Below, in pieces: positions 1-10,016 of a stretch of DNA of 64,000 bases. Within the stretch, counting starts at the first letter, position 1. Each line of letters opens with the position of its first letter. The stretch is from Planctomycetota bacterium (GTDB lineage: Bacteria; Planctomycetota; UBA1135; UBA2386). The stretch spans positions 2,504-66,503 of the forward strand of contig JACRLW010000025.1 in assembly GCA_016235155.1 (NCBI GenBank), in the 5' to 3' direction. Position numbers and translations under genes: made by a program. A model generated the notes under the pieces. The model saw nothing but the letters and a program-made list of their open reading frames with translations, ran no database searches and was not told the origin of the DNA.

Positions 1-993
1 ACGCTCGGCGCCGACGACGACCGCGGCGTTGCCCTGTGCGCGGCGTTGGGCGCGGACTTGTTCGCCGCACTGCTCGCGGAACTCGCGACCATGTGCGAGC
101 GACGCAGCGAACGATCCCGCGAGTTCGCGGTCGTGCGCCGAGTCGCGGCGGCGCTTGGTGCTTCTGCGGATCCGGGCCTCGACTCCGCCGCACGAGGGAT
201 GCACGCCGCACTCCGCGAACTGGCCCTCGACGCCGCGATCGAGGGCGGCGACGCGACAGGTCTCGCACGTCGCGCGCACGCAGCGAGTCCGGGCGAGTTG
301 CGGCGGGCGGTGGCGCGCGCGCGACCGGAGTTCCTCGCCCGGATCGTCGCGGCGCCGGACTGCGACTCGCTCGTGCTCGCGGCGATACTCGACGATCCTC
401 GGCCGACGCTGTGGCGCGCACTCGTCGACGTGCAGGCCGCGGGTTCCGCATCCGCGCTGCTCTCGGCAGCCTTGCGGCGTGACACGACACTCGCGGTCCT
501 CGCACCGCAACTCGCCGCGGAGCTCGACGCCGCGACGCCGTCGTCCGTTCTGGAACTCGTCGCGGCCGCCGGCAACGGCGCCGCCGATGCGCTGGCGTTG
601 CGTGCGACGGATCCGTCGCTGAGGCCCGCCGATCGCGCGCCGTCGCTCGACCTGCTCGCGGCATGCGGTGCCGCGGCGGTGGGCGCTCTCGGGCGCACCG
701 TGGGGGATGCCCCGTCGCCGACCGATCGGTACGTCGTGGCCGCCTGGGTCGCGCTCGGCGCGGACGCCGTCTTGCCGCTGCGAGCGTTCCTCGACGGCGT
801 ACTGCGTATCGCCGAGTCGGCAAGGAGAGACCACCGGGGGCGACTCGCGATCGAAGCCTTGGCGGCGATCGGAACCAGCAGCGCGAAGCGGGTCCTCGAC
901 GCGCTGCGCCGGCAGGCGATCGCGCCCGAGCTCGCCGCGGCGGCAACCGACGCACTCGCCGCGCACGCGCGATCCAGGAGGACGCCGTCGTGA
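1..993 (+). CDS. Ala/Leu-rich helical-repeat (HEAT-like) protein, 5' end outside window
   Basis: Frame is open from base 1; helical repeat-like text (LAIEALAAIGTSSAKRVL); TGA overlaps next GTG. Confidence 0.6.
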   Translation, partial: TLGADDDRGVALCAALGADLFAALLAELATMCERRSERSREFAVVRRVAAALGASADPGLDSAARGMHAALRELALDAAIEGGDATGLARRAHAASPGELRRAVARARPEFLARIVAAPDCDSLVLAAILDDPRPTLWRALVDVQAAGSASALLSAALRRDTTLAVLAPQLAAELDAATPSSVLELVAAAGNGAADALALRATDPSLRPADRAPSLDLLAACGAAAVGALGRTVGDAPSPTDRYVVAAWVALGADAVLPLRAFLDGVLRIAESARRDHRGRLAIEALAAIGTSSAKRVLDALRRQAIAPELAAAATDALAAHARSRRTPS

Positions 994-2174
994 CGCCGCC
1001 GCGACCACGTTCGACGGCGAGAGCCGTGGGTGCTTTCCTGCTGCCGCGATCGCGGCGTGCGCGGCTCGCCGTCTACCTCATCCTCGCGCTGGTCGTCGTC
1101 GGGCTTCTCGCACCGCTGTTCGGTCTGCTCGGCCGGACCTTCGACGTCGCCGCGTGGCTCGTCGGACCGGTGCTCGGCACACCGTTCGGCCGGCTCGCCG
1201 TCGTGAACCTCGTGGTGCTCGCAGCGCTGCTTGCGTCGCGCACCCGCCTGCACGCGCACTTCGCAGCGCGGCGGCGCGACGAACTCGGGGCTGCGCAACT
1301 CGAGCTCCTCGATCGGCTGGTGGACGAACCGTCGACCGCGCTTGCCGGCGCGCGACGCGTCCTCCGCGTGGCGAGACTGCCGCACGGCGCGGCGCCATGG
1401 ATCCGGACGCAGGCCGAGATCGCACTCGCGCGCGCTCACCTGGCCCACGGCGAGGCGGCGGCAGCGGCAGCCGTGTTGCGCACGCTCGATCTGGAGCGCA
1501 CCCCGATCGAACTCCAGCGCAGCGCCGCGCAACTCGACGCGCGGCTCGCGGCGGACGACGGGGATACCGCACGCCTCGCGGCGGCGATCGAGCGCTTCCC
1601 TCACGACGCGGTGATCCTCCGGGAGCAGCGCCGCCTCGCGCACAAGAGCGGCGATCTGCTCGCGGTCTGCGCGGCGCAGGCCCGGGTCGTCGAGGCCGCC
1701 CATCCCGCGGAGCGGGTGACCGAACGCAGGCAACTCGCGGCCGACTGGGCCGATGCCGGCACACGTTCCCTCGCATCCGGCGAAGCCGGTCTCGTGCAGG
1801 CGACAGCGTGCGTCGCGCGTGCGCGCGATGCCGACCCATCGAGCCCCCCTGCCGCGGTCCTCGCCGGCGATCTCGCCGTGCGCGACGGACGCGACACGCT
1901 CGCCATGCAGGAGTGGTCACGCGCCGGCACCGAGGATGCCTGGCGGCGCGTGATCGCCCGACTCGACGCCGCGAGCAGCCCGTTCACTCCGGCGGAACTG
2001 GTCGACGCGGTCCGGCGCGATGCCGTGCTCGTCCTGATCGCGAGGGACGCCCTCTTGCGCGGCGATCCGGCTCTCGCCGAGCGGGCGGGTCGCGTGCTGC
2101 TGCGCCGCAGCGGCGGGTCGCCGGCGGCAAACGCCCTGCTCGAGTGCGTGGCGCGCGCGGCGCGTGAGCGCTAA
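990..2174 (+). CDS. Membrane-anchored TPR-like protein (HemY/LapB-like architecture)
   Basis: GTGA overlap with upstream gene; two N-terminal hydrophobic helices then TPR-like helices. Confidence 0.6.
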   Translation: MTPPRPRSTARAVGAFLLPRSRRARLAVYLILALVVVGLLAPLFGLLGRTFDVAAWLVGPVLGTPFGRLAVVNLVVLAALLASRTRLHAHFAARRRDELGAAQLELLDRLVDEPSTALAGARRVLRVARLPHGAAPWIRTQAEIALARAHLAHGEAAAAAAVLRTLDLERTPIELQRSAAQLDARLAADDGDTARLAAAIERFPHDAVILREQRRLAHKSGDLLAVCAAQARVVEAAHPAERVTERRQLAADWADAGTRSLASGEAGLVQATACVARARDADPSSPPAAVLAGDLAVRDGRDTLAMQEWSRAGTEDAWRRVIARLDAASSPFTPAELVDAVRRDAVLVLIARDALLRGDPALAERAGRVLLRRSGGSPAANALLECVARAARER

Positions 2175-2187
2175 CCTCCCCGCCCGC

Positions 2188-2270
<83 letters not shown>

Positions 2271-2289
2271 TCGCGGCCCGCGCCGCAAC

Positions 2290-3105
2290 TCAACGCGGCG
2301 GAGGCACGAGTTCGTCGCGGAGGCGTGCGGTGGCGAGGCACGTGTTCGGATTGACGTCGAGGCGCCAGTACCCCACGGGCAGGCTCGGCGTGACCTTCTC
2401 GCCGAGACGCTCCCGTTCCGCGCGCGCGATGATCTCGCGTCGCTCCTCGTAGCTCAGCCGGTTGAAGGCCGCGGCCCGTTCGCGCCTCAGTTCGTTCTCC
2501 AGCGAGAGCACCGCTTCGTACGGAACGCGGAGCTCTGGCTGCGTGAGGTCGATCGGCACGAAGACGTCGATGCGCGCGCCGTCGGGCGTCGTCTCGTTGG
2601 TCGTCATCGCGTAGTACGACCAGCTTTCCGGCAGCTTCGGGTGCGAGTTGGCGCGCACGGTCCAGTAGTGGCCGTCGGCGAGCAGGCCGGCCGCGACCAG
2701 TGCCTTCTGACCGTTGAGCAGATCGGACGCCTGGAGCCTCGCGCTCGCGACATCCTCCACGTGCGCCGACTCGGCTGCCGCGATCTGCTGCGCGCCGGAG
2801 TTGCGGAGCATGCTCACCAGGCCCTGGGCGGTCCTCTCGGGCAGCGGGCCGAAGGTCTCGAGGACGCCGACGTCGATCACGTCCGGCGCAGGTGCTCCGG
2901 TCTTCGTCTCGATCGCCGTGCGTTCCGCGTCGCACGGGATGCGGCGGTAGCGGACCGCCGCTCCCCGCTCGAGGGCGGGCGACCAGGTCGAGACCTCCGC
3001 GAGCGTCGTCGCGGGGACGGCGGGCGACTCCCCGGCGTCGCCGGCGAGGTGGACGGCGACCAAGATGCCGACGAGTCCGAGGACGATCAGATGGGCGCGG
3101 TTCAT
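2290..3105 (-). CDS. Hypothetical exported/membrane-anchored protein
   Basis: ATG preceded by AAGGA; N-terminal hydrophobic segment MNRAHLIVLGLVGILVAV; normal codon usage. Confidence 0.7.
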   Translation of the reverse strand: MNRAHLIVLGLVGILVAVHLAGDAGESPAVPATTLAEVSTWSPALERGAAVRYRRIPCDAERTAIETKTGAPAPDVIDVGVLETFGPLPERTAQGLVSMLRNSGAQQIAAAESAHVEDVASARLQASDLLNGQKALVAAGLLADGHYWTVRANSHPKLPESWSYYAMTTNETTPDGARIDVFVPIDLTQPELRVPYEAVLSLENELRRERAAAFNRLSYEERREIIARAERERLGEKVTPSLPVGYWRLDVNPNTCLATARLRDELVPPPR

Positions 3106-3257
3106 GGCGATTCGGTTCCTTCTCACCTGGATGCGAACGAACGCACCGAGGCTGCAAGTCCCCGGTGGTCCACCGGAAGCAAGGGTACGACATCGCGCGG
3201 AACCTGGTCCGCGCGTCGAGGGCCAAGGGGCCGGCCAAGCGTCGCGCAACGAGACGC

Positions 3258-3851
3258 TCAGTGGAGCGGCGGCGGACCTTCGCAGCCGACGCAGACTTCG
3301 CGAAGGATGAACTTGCGCGAGAAGTTCAGGCCCTGAGCGTCGCCGCAGTTCACGGCGATCTGCGAGGTCGTCGAGTCACCTTCGCGCGCGGTGCCATCGC
3401 CGCCGTTCTCAGACTTCTTGCGGCACGGGACCTTGGTCTTGCCGACGTGTCGAACGTCGCACACCGGGCTCACGAGCGACAGCTCACCGACGCGCTTGGG
3501 GCCGGTGTCCGACTCCGATTGGTAGTCGACGTAGGCGTTCGTCGCGCACGGCGGCGCCGGGATGATGGGCGGGGTGAAGCCGACGGTGACCTTGAAGTCG
3601 CCGTCGCAAGGGCGCGGCGTGAAGATCAGTGCGCAATAGCCTTCGGCGCAGATGCCGACCTCGTTCGCGTCATCGGTGGTCCAGGACAAGGTCCAGGCAC
3701 CGTTGCCCTCGGGCGCCTCGATCTCGAGCTTGGGCTCGCAGCGGCACTCGACGTAGACGTCGAATGCGATCGGCGGCGTGGGCCGCGGCGTCGCCGAGGC
3801 GAAGAGGAAGGGAAGGGTGAGAGCGGTCGTCAGCGAGAAGAGGGTTCGCAT
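3258..3851 (-). CDS. Cys-rich secreted hypothetical protein
   Basis: Signal-peptide-like MRTLFSLTTALTLPFLFASA; 11 Cys including CRC and CVGC. Confidence 0.7.
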   Translation of the reverse strand: MRTLFSLTTALTLPFLFASATPRPTPPIAFDVYVECRCEPKLEIEAPEGNGAWTLSWTTDDANEVGICAEGYCALIFTPRPCDGDFKVTVGFTPPIIPAPPCATNAYVDYQSESDTGPKRVGELSLVSPVCDVRHVGKTKVPCRKKSENGGDGTAREGDSTTSQIAVNCGDAQGLNFSRKFILREVCVGCEGPPPLH

Positions 3852-4038
3852 CCTCAACGGCTACCACCCGTCTGCGACCGCGGACGACCGCGCCCGATCC
3901 TCGTCTCAGTGCTGGACGAGGACGACGCCGAGGGACCGACCGCAGCGACGGGATCGCGCCGGCGCCCGCGCATGGCGGCGCGCGGCGAGCGGAGAGCAGT
4001 AGCGGGCACCACGACGCACCCGATGGTCGCGGAGCGTC

Positions 4039-5316
4039 ATGCACGACCGAACCCTCGCCACGCTGCGCGGTGATCGCGCCGACCCATGGCACGGCCTGCT
4101 GCGCGTCGGCGTCAACGCCGCGGCGCGCGTCGGTCTTGGGATCGGAGTCGCGAGGACCGCGGGCACGGAGTCGTTCGCGATCTGGGTGGCTTTGGTCACC
4201 GTCGAGGTCCTGCTCTCGACCCTGCTGATGGCCGGCTGGTTGACGGCGCTCGGTTCGATCGCCCCGCGCCTGCCGGTGGCCGACGCGGAGAACCTGCTCG
4301 CGCACGGGTGCCGGCGCGGCCTCGTCCTCGCGACCGGGACGACGCTGGCGCTCGTCCTGGCGACGCCGCTGGCCACTCTCTGCGGCGTGCCGGTCGCGGT
4401 CCACCTCGCGTTCGTCGCGGCGACGGGTGCCTGGCTCGCCTCGCAAGTGCACGCGACGGTGCTCGTCGCCGCGTACCGCAGCGCGTCCGCGGTGCGAGCC
4501 CAGGCCCTCGCGTACCTGCCGCCGCTCGCCGGGATCGGGGCTTCGGCACTCACCGGAGCCGATCCCCTGGTTGCGGTGTTCCTCGCGAGTGCCGGGGGTC
4601 AACTCGGCGCGGCCCTGTGGATGCGGCGCGCGATCCCGCGCGCGACGACGCCGACCCTTCCGACTCGTGTCGCCGAGGAGGTGGCGGCCGTCGGTCGCGC
4701 CGCGCTCCTCGGCTCGGTCGCGAATTCGGTGTGCACGCGCGTGCAACCGTTCGCGCTCGCCTGGCTCGGCGGTCCGATCGCCGTGGCCTTGTTCGGGGCC
4801 GCGAACACGCTGGCGGGACCGCTGCGCGTCCTGGCGGGCGCCGCCGGCGACGTGCTGCGTCCGCGGCTCGCACGCCACCAAGGGCCGCTCGGCGACCCGG
4901 CGGTTGCGCGACGTCTGCTCGCCTTCTCTTTCGCCGCCGTCGCGGCGGGAGGCATCGCGCTCGTCGCGGGATGCGTGCTGTTCGGCGAAGGGATCGGGAC
5001 GCGGATCTTCGGCGGGCGCTTCCTCGGCATCGGCGAGGTGATGCCGGCCGCGGCGATCTTCGTGACGATGGCCGCCGTCGTGCACGTGCTGGTCGTCGCC
5101 CTGCAGACCCGTTCGCTCGAGGGCACGCAGTTGGCGACACGGGCGCGGTCGATCGCTGCGGCGGCGACCCTCGTGCTCGTCGGGCCGAGTTGCGCTCTCG
5201 ACGGCGCGCGAGGCGCCTTCGTCTCGATGATCGCCGGCGAGGTGACGTTCCTCTCGATCGTCGCACGTTCCCTGTGGCGTTCGGCCGACGGCGCGATCGA
5301 GCCGGCCCGACCATGA
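4039..5316 (+). CDS. Wzx/MOP-type polysaccharide flippase-like membrane protein
   Basis: Many TM helices; flippase-like motif WLGGPIAVALFGAANTLAGP. Confidence 0.65.
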   Translation: MHDRTLATLRGDRADPWHGLLRVGVNAAARVGLGIGVARTAGTESFAIWVALVTVEVLLSTLLMAGWLTALGSIAPRLPVADAENLLAHGCRRGLVLATGTTLALVLATPLATLCGVPVAVHLAFVAATGAWLASQVHATVLVAAYRSASAVRAQALAYLPPLAGIGASALTGADPLVAVFLASAGGQLGAALWMRRAIPRATTPTLPTRVAEEVAAVGRAALLGSVANSVCTRVQPFALAWLGGPIAVALFGAANTLAGPLRVLAGAAGDVLRPRLARHQGPLGDPAVARRLLAFSFAAVAAGGIALVAGCVLFGEGIGTRIFGGRFLGIGEVMPAAAIFVTMAAVVHVLVVALQTRSLEGTQLATRARSIAAAATLVLVGPSCALDGARGAFVSMIAGEVTFLSIVARSLWRSADGAIEPARP

Positions 5317-5936
5317 CCGCGACCTTTGGTGCTCTCTGGCGCGTCACGCCGCGAGTCTGGCCGTCGCCGCCAGGCCGGCTGCACGATCCCGGCGGGGACG
5401 TGCACGTGTTCCGCGCCGACCTCGACGACCCACGGCGGAACGTCGACCTCTATCGCCTGATGCTCGCCGACGCCGAACTGCGCCGCGTCGACGACGTCGG
5501 GCACCCGCACACGCGACGTCGCCTCTCGATCGCGTTCGGCCTGGCACGCATCACGCACGCGGCGCACGTGCTCGCACCCGGCGAGGCGGCGCTCGACGTC
5601 GTCAGCGCGCGGCTCGGATCCGTCGCGGTGTTCGCGGCTTCGCGGGGACCACGGGTCGGAATGGCGCTGGTGCCGGCGGCCGCGGGAACGCGCGGCGTCG
5701 CCCTCGCCGCTCTCGAGGCGATCGGGCACGCAAAGGGTCGCGCCACTGACCCGGACGCGGTCGACACGGCGGGCGTGGGGCAGACCCTGGCGCGCGGACG
5801 GGCCGCGCTCCTCCGCGTCGAGGTCGGCGGCAGCGCGTGGAACGTGCAGGTCCTCGGCCTCGCGCCCGACGTCTGCCTCGTGATCGCCGGGCCCGGACCA
5901 CTCCGCACGCTGCGCTGCTGGGCGCTCGGAGCGTAG
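5313..5936 (+). CDS. Degenerate Sfp-type 4'-phosphopantetheinyl transferase-like protein
   Basis: ATGA coupling; N-terminus DVHVFRADLD...LADAELRR resembles Sfp/AASDHPPT; GxD(I/V)E and WxxKEA motifs degenerate. Confidence 0.5.
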   Translation: MTATFGALWRVTPRVWPSPPGRLHDPGGDVHVFRADLDDPRRNVDLYRLMLADAELRRVDDVGHPHTRRRLSIAFGLARITHAAHVLAPGEAALDVVSARLGSVAVFAASRGPRVGMALVPAAAGTRGVALAALEAIGHAKGRATDPDAVDTAGVGQTLARGRAALLRVEVGGSAWNVQVLGLAPDVCLVIAGPGPLRTLRCWALGA

Positions 5937-5945
5937 CGGCCGTCG

Positions 5946-6293
5946 TCAGCCTTCTGGTACGAGCGCGACGACGCCGTCACGCTCGACGACGCGGCCGGCA
6001 CTGCGCGCACGTTCGAGTACCTGGGCCGAGAGCAAGAGCGATGCGGCGGTCCGCTCGGCGAACCAATTCAGCAGGTCCTCGCGCGTCGTCGCCCCGCCGA
6101 GTCCGGCGAGGACCGCGACCAACGCATCGATGTCCGCCGACTCGCCCCCGCGCGAGAGCGCGTCGAACTCCTCACCAGCGCCGCCGCAGCACGGTTCGAA
6201 GTTGGAACCGCAGATGCTGCACTGCTCGTGACCGTGCACGCGCACGGTGGTGCTCAGCCGGTGGCACGCGGAGCAGCGGACGCGGCGCGCCAT
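5946..6293 (-). CDS. Small Cys/His-rich metal-binding protein with helical C-terminal domain
   Basis: CSAC...VHGHEQCSIC...PCCGG; starts 8 bp after the Nfu gene stop. Confidence 0.7.
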   Translation of the reverse strand: MARRVRCSACHRLSTTVRVHGHEQCSICGSNFEPCCGGAGEEFDALSRGGESADIDALVAVLAGLGGATTREDLLNWFAERTAASLLLSAQVLERARSAGRVVERDGVVALVPEG

Positions 6294-6301
6294 CGCCCGG
6301 C

Positions 6302-6874
6302 TCACGCCGAGACGACGGCGAGCTCCTCGTCGACTTCTGCCTGGAGGAGATTCTGGATCGCCATCAGCGTCCCGCCGATCGAACTCGGACACGACCCGCA
6401 GGCGCCCTGATAGCGGATGAGCAGCGTCTTGCCGTCGAGACCGAGCACTTCGAGTCCGCCGCCGTCGCCCGCGAGCGCCGGACGGATGCGGTCGTCGAGC
6501 ACCGCGTTGATCCGATCCAGCAGCGCCTGCTCGCCGGGGGACAGCGAAACCGTCGTCGGAACGGCTGCGGACACGCCGGGCGCCGCTTGGGCCGCCGCGT
6601 TGCCGTAGGGCGACTCGAAGTCCTCGAGAGCGCGGGTCGTCGCTTCGTGGACGGCGCGCCAGTCGGCGCTCGGCTTCATGCTCACGGTGACGAATCGATC
6701 GCAGAAGAACAACGTGTCGACACCGTCGATCGCGAACAGCTGCTCGGCGATCGAGAACCCCTTCGCGTCGCTGGACCTGGTGACGCTCTTCGTGCCGGGC
6801 CACAAGAGGGCGTCGACGACGAACTTGAAGGCGTTGGGATTCGGCGTGGGCTGGATGCTGAGGACTGAGACCAT
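6302..6874 (-). CDS. NifU/Nfu family Fe-S cluster carrier (Nfu_N plus NifU C-terminal domain)
   Basis: QPTPNPNAFKF; IRPALAGDGGGLE; YQGACGSCPSS. Confidence 0.92.
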   Translation of the reverse strand: MVSVLSIQPTPNPNAFKFVVDALLWPGTKSVTRSSDAKGFSIAEQLFAIDGVDTLFFCDRFVTVSMKPSADWRAVHEATTRALEDFESPYGNAAAQAAPGVSAAVPTTVSLSPGEQALLDRINAVLDDRIRPALAGDGGGLEVLGLDGKTLLIRYQGACGSCPSSIGGTLMAIQNLLQAEVDEELAVVSA

Positions 6875-6933
6875 GGCGGCGTGTGGCGAACCCGCTCGAT
6901 TAGGGCTCGCGCGGCTCCTCGGCAAGCCGCGGA

Positions 6934-9900
6934 TCAGTGGAGCAGTTCACCGCGCGGGTCGACGGGTCCCGTCGTGAGCCGTGCCGGCTTGTGCATCCCG
7001 CCCGCGCCGACATGGTCGACGACGCGCAGGACGAGCCGATGCCGCCGGCCGGCGGTGAGGTGCGGTCCTAGATCGCAGGTCGTACGGATCAACCAGACCG
7101 TCTCGCCGGTCGCCGGATCGCCGAAGCGCCCACGCTCTTCGCCATCGGCGTAGAGACGGTAGGAATCGTCGACGCCCTCGAACACGGCGGTGATCGGCTT
7201 GCCGGCCCAGTCCACGGGGACGTCCACGTCGATGCGGTACCACGCGACGCCGTCGTAGTGCGGCACCCCCTGCGCCTCCCAGTGGGCCCCGGCGCGGATC
7301 GGGCGCCACTCTGCCCCGTCGCCTTCGCCGTCCGACCAGCCGTTCGCGAGTCCGATGTCCTTCGGATCGAGCGCGAGCTGCCACTCCGCGAGGTCGAGCA
7401 CGCGCGTGTCGAGTTCGCCCGAGAGTCGCGCGATCGTCGCGGCGGAGAGCGCCCGCCGCGGCGCTTCCCCTTCGACCAAGCACCGCGCCAACTCTTGTTC
7501 GACGTAGCGACCACCCGGCGAATCGCCGGCGAGAGTCGTCGCGGCGAGCCGGCCCTTGCCGACGCGCGTCGTGAATGCGAGCAGCCAGCGGTTCACACGA
7601 TCGACGTCGTGGGTGTCCCAGAAGGCAAGCACGGGATCGACCTCCTCGATGAGTTGGTCGCCGCGCATCGCACGTCCGGTCTCGAGGTCGAAGCTTTGCA
7701 GCTCGAGCAGCATCGCGGCGGGAACGCCGGCGTGGATCGCGTGGGAGGGTGCGATCGGGGCGCCCTTCAGGAACCAGAGTCCGTCGGTGCGCAGGCACTG
7801 CTTGCGGGCGTCGGCGTGCAGGAGCACGCGTCCCCCGGCTTGGAGGAAGTCGAGCGTGGCGACATCGAGAGTGTCGACGACACGGAGATCGGTCGGTGCC
7901 GTCCACGGCCGGTCCGCGCCGACCCAGAGGTCCCAGGCGTTCGACGCCGGGTGTGAGCCCGTCAGTTCCGCGCGGACGTGGATGCGGTGGGGGAGAGCGC
8001 AAGTGGCGCGAGAGATGTCGATCGCCACTTCGATCCCGTCGGAGACGCCGCACGGATCGCAGCGAACGCCGCCGACGACCGCGGTCGAGGGTGTCGGTTC
8101 GAGTCCCTCGACCGTGACCGTGAGGGTCCGGGCGAGCGGACCGTGTCCGGCGTGCGTCACGCGGAAGCGGAGGGCGCGTGTCGTCGCGTCGAGCAGGCGC
8201 CGGTCGCCGTCGAGGTCGAGGCCGATCAGCGTGTCGCGATGCCAACGCCAGTCGTCGGGGCTCCACTTGGCCTGGCCGAAGTCGTCGAAGACGCCCATGC
8301 GCGCGGTCGTGAAGTCGCGGACGACCGACAACGTGTAGCCGGCGTCCGGGAGCGTCATGCGCAGGCGCTCGACCTGGTACTTGCGGTTGCGGAGCGCATA
8401 GGCGCGCGAGTTCGGCACCAAAGCCGCGCGCTCCGCCGCGCCGTACTCCAGTTCGACGAAGTCCGCGAACGCACGCTGCGCCGGCAGGCCGAGCGGCGCC
8501 CACCACGACGCGTCGTCCGTCCCGCGGCGGTCCCACTCCGCGAGGTCGAGCCAGGTGTCCGCCGCGATGCACTCGCCGAGGATCAGCGGCAACGCGCGGC
8601 GTTCGGCGACGAAGCGCCGCAGCTCGTTCAGCTTGCCCGGCCACCACGAGTTGTTGCCGTAGGGATGGTCGTCCCAGAAGTCGTGGATGCGGTGCCACGA
8701 GATCCACGCGCTGTCGTCGACCAGCAGCGTGTTCGGCACGAGCTCCTTGCAGCGGTCGAAGAGCGCACGCACGACGTCGAGATCCGCCGAGTGGCCGGTC
8801 TCGCAGGTGAGGCTGCGCACGGCGACCGACGGGTGCCCGCGGTCGTAGCGGTGGAGTTCCTCGTACTCCGCGCGCAAGTCGGGAAGGAACTCGGCGGTGA
8901 GCTTCGGATGCCAGGTCGGGTACTCCTGCCAGACGACGAGTCCGATTTCGTCCGCGAGGTCGTAGACGCAGCGCGGCGGCATCCACAGGCAGGCCTTCAC
9001 CAGGTTGCAGCCGAGCGCGCGGATCGCTTCGAGCTCCTTCCGCCATCGCACCGGGTCGTCCGACGGCGCGAAGCGCGGCGCGTCGTAGCCCCAATGGAGC
9101 ATGCCGCGCAGTTGGAGCGGTTCGCCGTTCCAGAGCAGAGTGGTGCCGCGCTGTCCCACGGAGCGGAAGCCGGTACGAAGATCGAGTTCGTCGAGCAGCG
9201 CGCCGTCGGTGACGTCGAGCAACTCGCAGACGACGCGGTAGAGGTTGGGATGGCCCGGGGACCACGGACGGATGTCGGCTGGGGCGAGGAGTTCGAGCTT
9301 CGGCGTGAGCACCGACTCGCCGCTCGCGACGCGAAGTTCGCCACGGACGAGTTCGCGCGCACCGTCGCGGAGCGACACGCGCAAGCGGACGTCCCGCGGC
9401 GACGGACCGGGCAGGATGGGGAGTTCCACGCGGAGCACGGGCCCGCGATCGGTGAGCTCGCCGAACGCGAACGCGAGCTCGGCATCGAGGACGGGCGCGA
9501 CGTCGCTCGTCAGTTCGACGGGCCGCCACAACCCGCCGAAGTGGGGTTGGATGACCGGCAGGAATCCCTGCGTGTTGTGGCCCACGCGTTCGTCGACCCG
9601 GATCTCGAGGCGGTGCTCGGCGTCGTCAGACAGTGGCAGCTCGACGCGGAACGGGGTCCAGGCTCCGAGGTGACGGCCGAGTTCCACGCCGTCCAGGAAG
9701 ACCGTTGCCGCCGTCGCCGCGGCGTGCGCGAGCAGGCGGTGACGTCCCGGCCCGGGAGCCTGCACGGTGCGCCGGTACCAGGCGACGCCGTCGAAACGCG
9801 GCCCGAGTTCGTCCTCGAAGGTGTGGGGGACTCGCACCTTGCGCCACCCTTCGGTCGGCCGCTCGCCCGCGATCGTCTCGGGAGCGAACTCCCAGTCGTC

Positions 9901-9978
9901 GGCGAGCGGCGTGCGCGATTGCGCGGCGAGCGTCGTGCTCAGCGCGAGCACGCTCCATGCGAGGCGACGGAAGATCAT
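6934..9978 (-). CDS. Secreted glycoside hydrolase family 2-like protein with a second C-terminal sugar-binding domain
   Basis: Signal peptide; FDGVAWYRR, RTGFRSV, YDLADEIGLVVWQEYP, HPSVAVRSLTCE; C-terminal YDGVAWYR...FEGVDD. Confidence 0.85.
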   Translation of the reverse strand: MIFRRLAWSVLALSTTLAAQSRTPLADDWEFAPETIAGERPTEGWRKVRVPHTFEDELGPRFDGVAWYRRTVQAPGPGRHRLLAHAAATAATVFLDGVELGRHLGAWTPFRVELPLSDDAEHRLEIRVDERVGHNTQGFLPVIQPHFGGLWRPVELTSDVAPVLDAELAFAFGELTDRGPVLRVELPILPGPSPRDVRLRVSLRDGARELVRGELRVASGESVLTPKLELLAPADIRPWSPGHPNLYRVVCELLDVTDGALLDELDLRTGFRSVGQRGTTLLWNGEPLQLRGMLHWGYDAPRFAPSDDPVRWRKELEAIRALGCNLVKACLWMPPRCVYDLADEIGLVVWQEYPTWHPKLTAEFLPDLRAEYEELHRYDRGHPSVAVRSLTCETGHSADLDVVRALFDRCKELVPNTLLVDDSAWISWHRIHDFWDDHPYGNNSWWPGKLNELRRFVAERRALPLILGECIAADTWLDLAEWDRRGTDDASWWAPLGLPAQRAFADFVELEYGAAERAALVPNSRAYALRNRKYQVERLRMTLPDAGYTLSVVRDFTTARMGVFDDFGQAKWSPDDWRWHRDTLIGLDLDGDRRLLDATTRALRFRVTHAGHGPLARTLTVTVEGLEPTPSTAVVGGVRCDPCGVSDGIEVAIDISRATCALPHRIHVRAELTGSHPASNAWDLWVGADRPWTAPTDLRVVDTLDVATLDFLQAGGRVLLHADARKQCLRTDGLWFLKGAPIAPSHAIHAGVPAAMLLELQSFDLETGRAMRGDQLIEEVDPVLAFWDTHDVDRVNRWLLAFTTRVGKGRLAATTLAGDSPGGRYVEQELARCLVEGEAPRRALSAATIARLSGELDTRVLDLAEWQLALDPKDIGLANGWSDGEGDGAEWRPIRAGAHWEAQGVPHYDGVAWYRIDVDVPVDWAGKPITAVFEGVDDSYRLYADGEERGRFGDPATGETVWLIRTTCDLGPHLTAGRRHRLVLRVVDHVGAGGMHKPARLTTGPVDPRGELLH

Positions 9979-10016
9979 CGCCCCGCATGGTAGCGGTCAC
10001 CCGGTCGTGCTCGGTC

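Noticed and set aside
6261-6275. CSACH as a heme c attachment site
   Set aside because: Protein has no export signal; further Cys pairs fit a Zn/Fe-S site better
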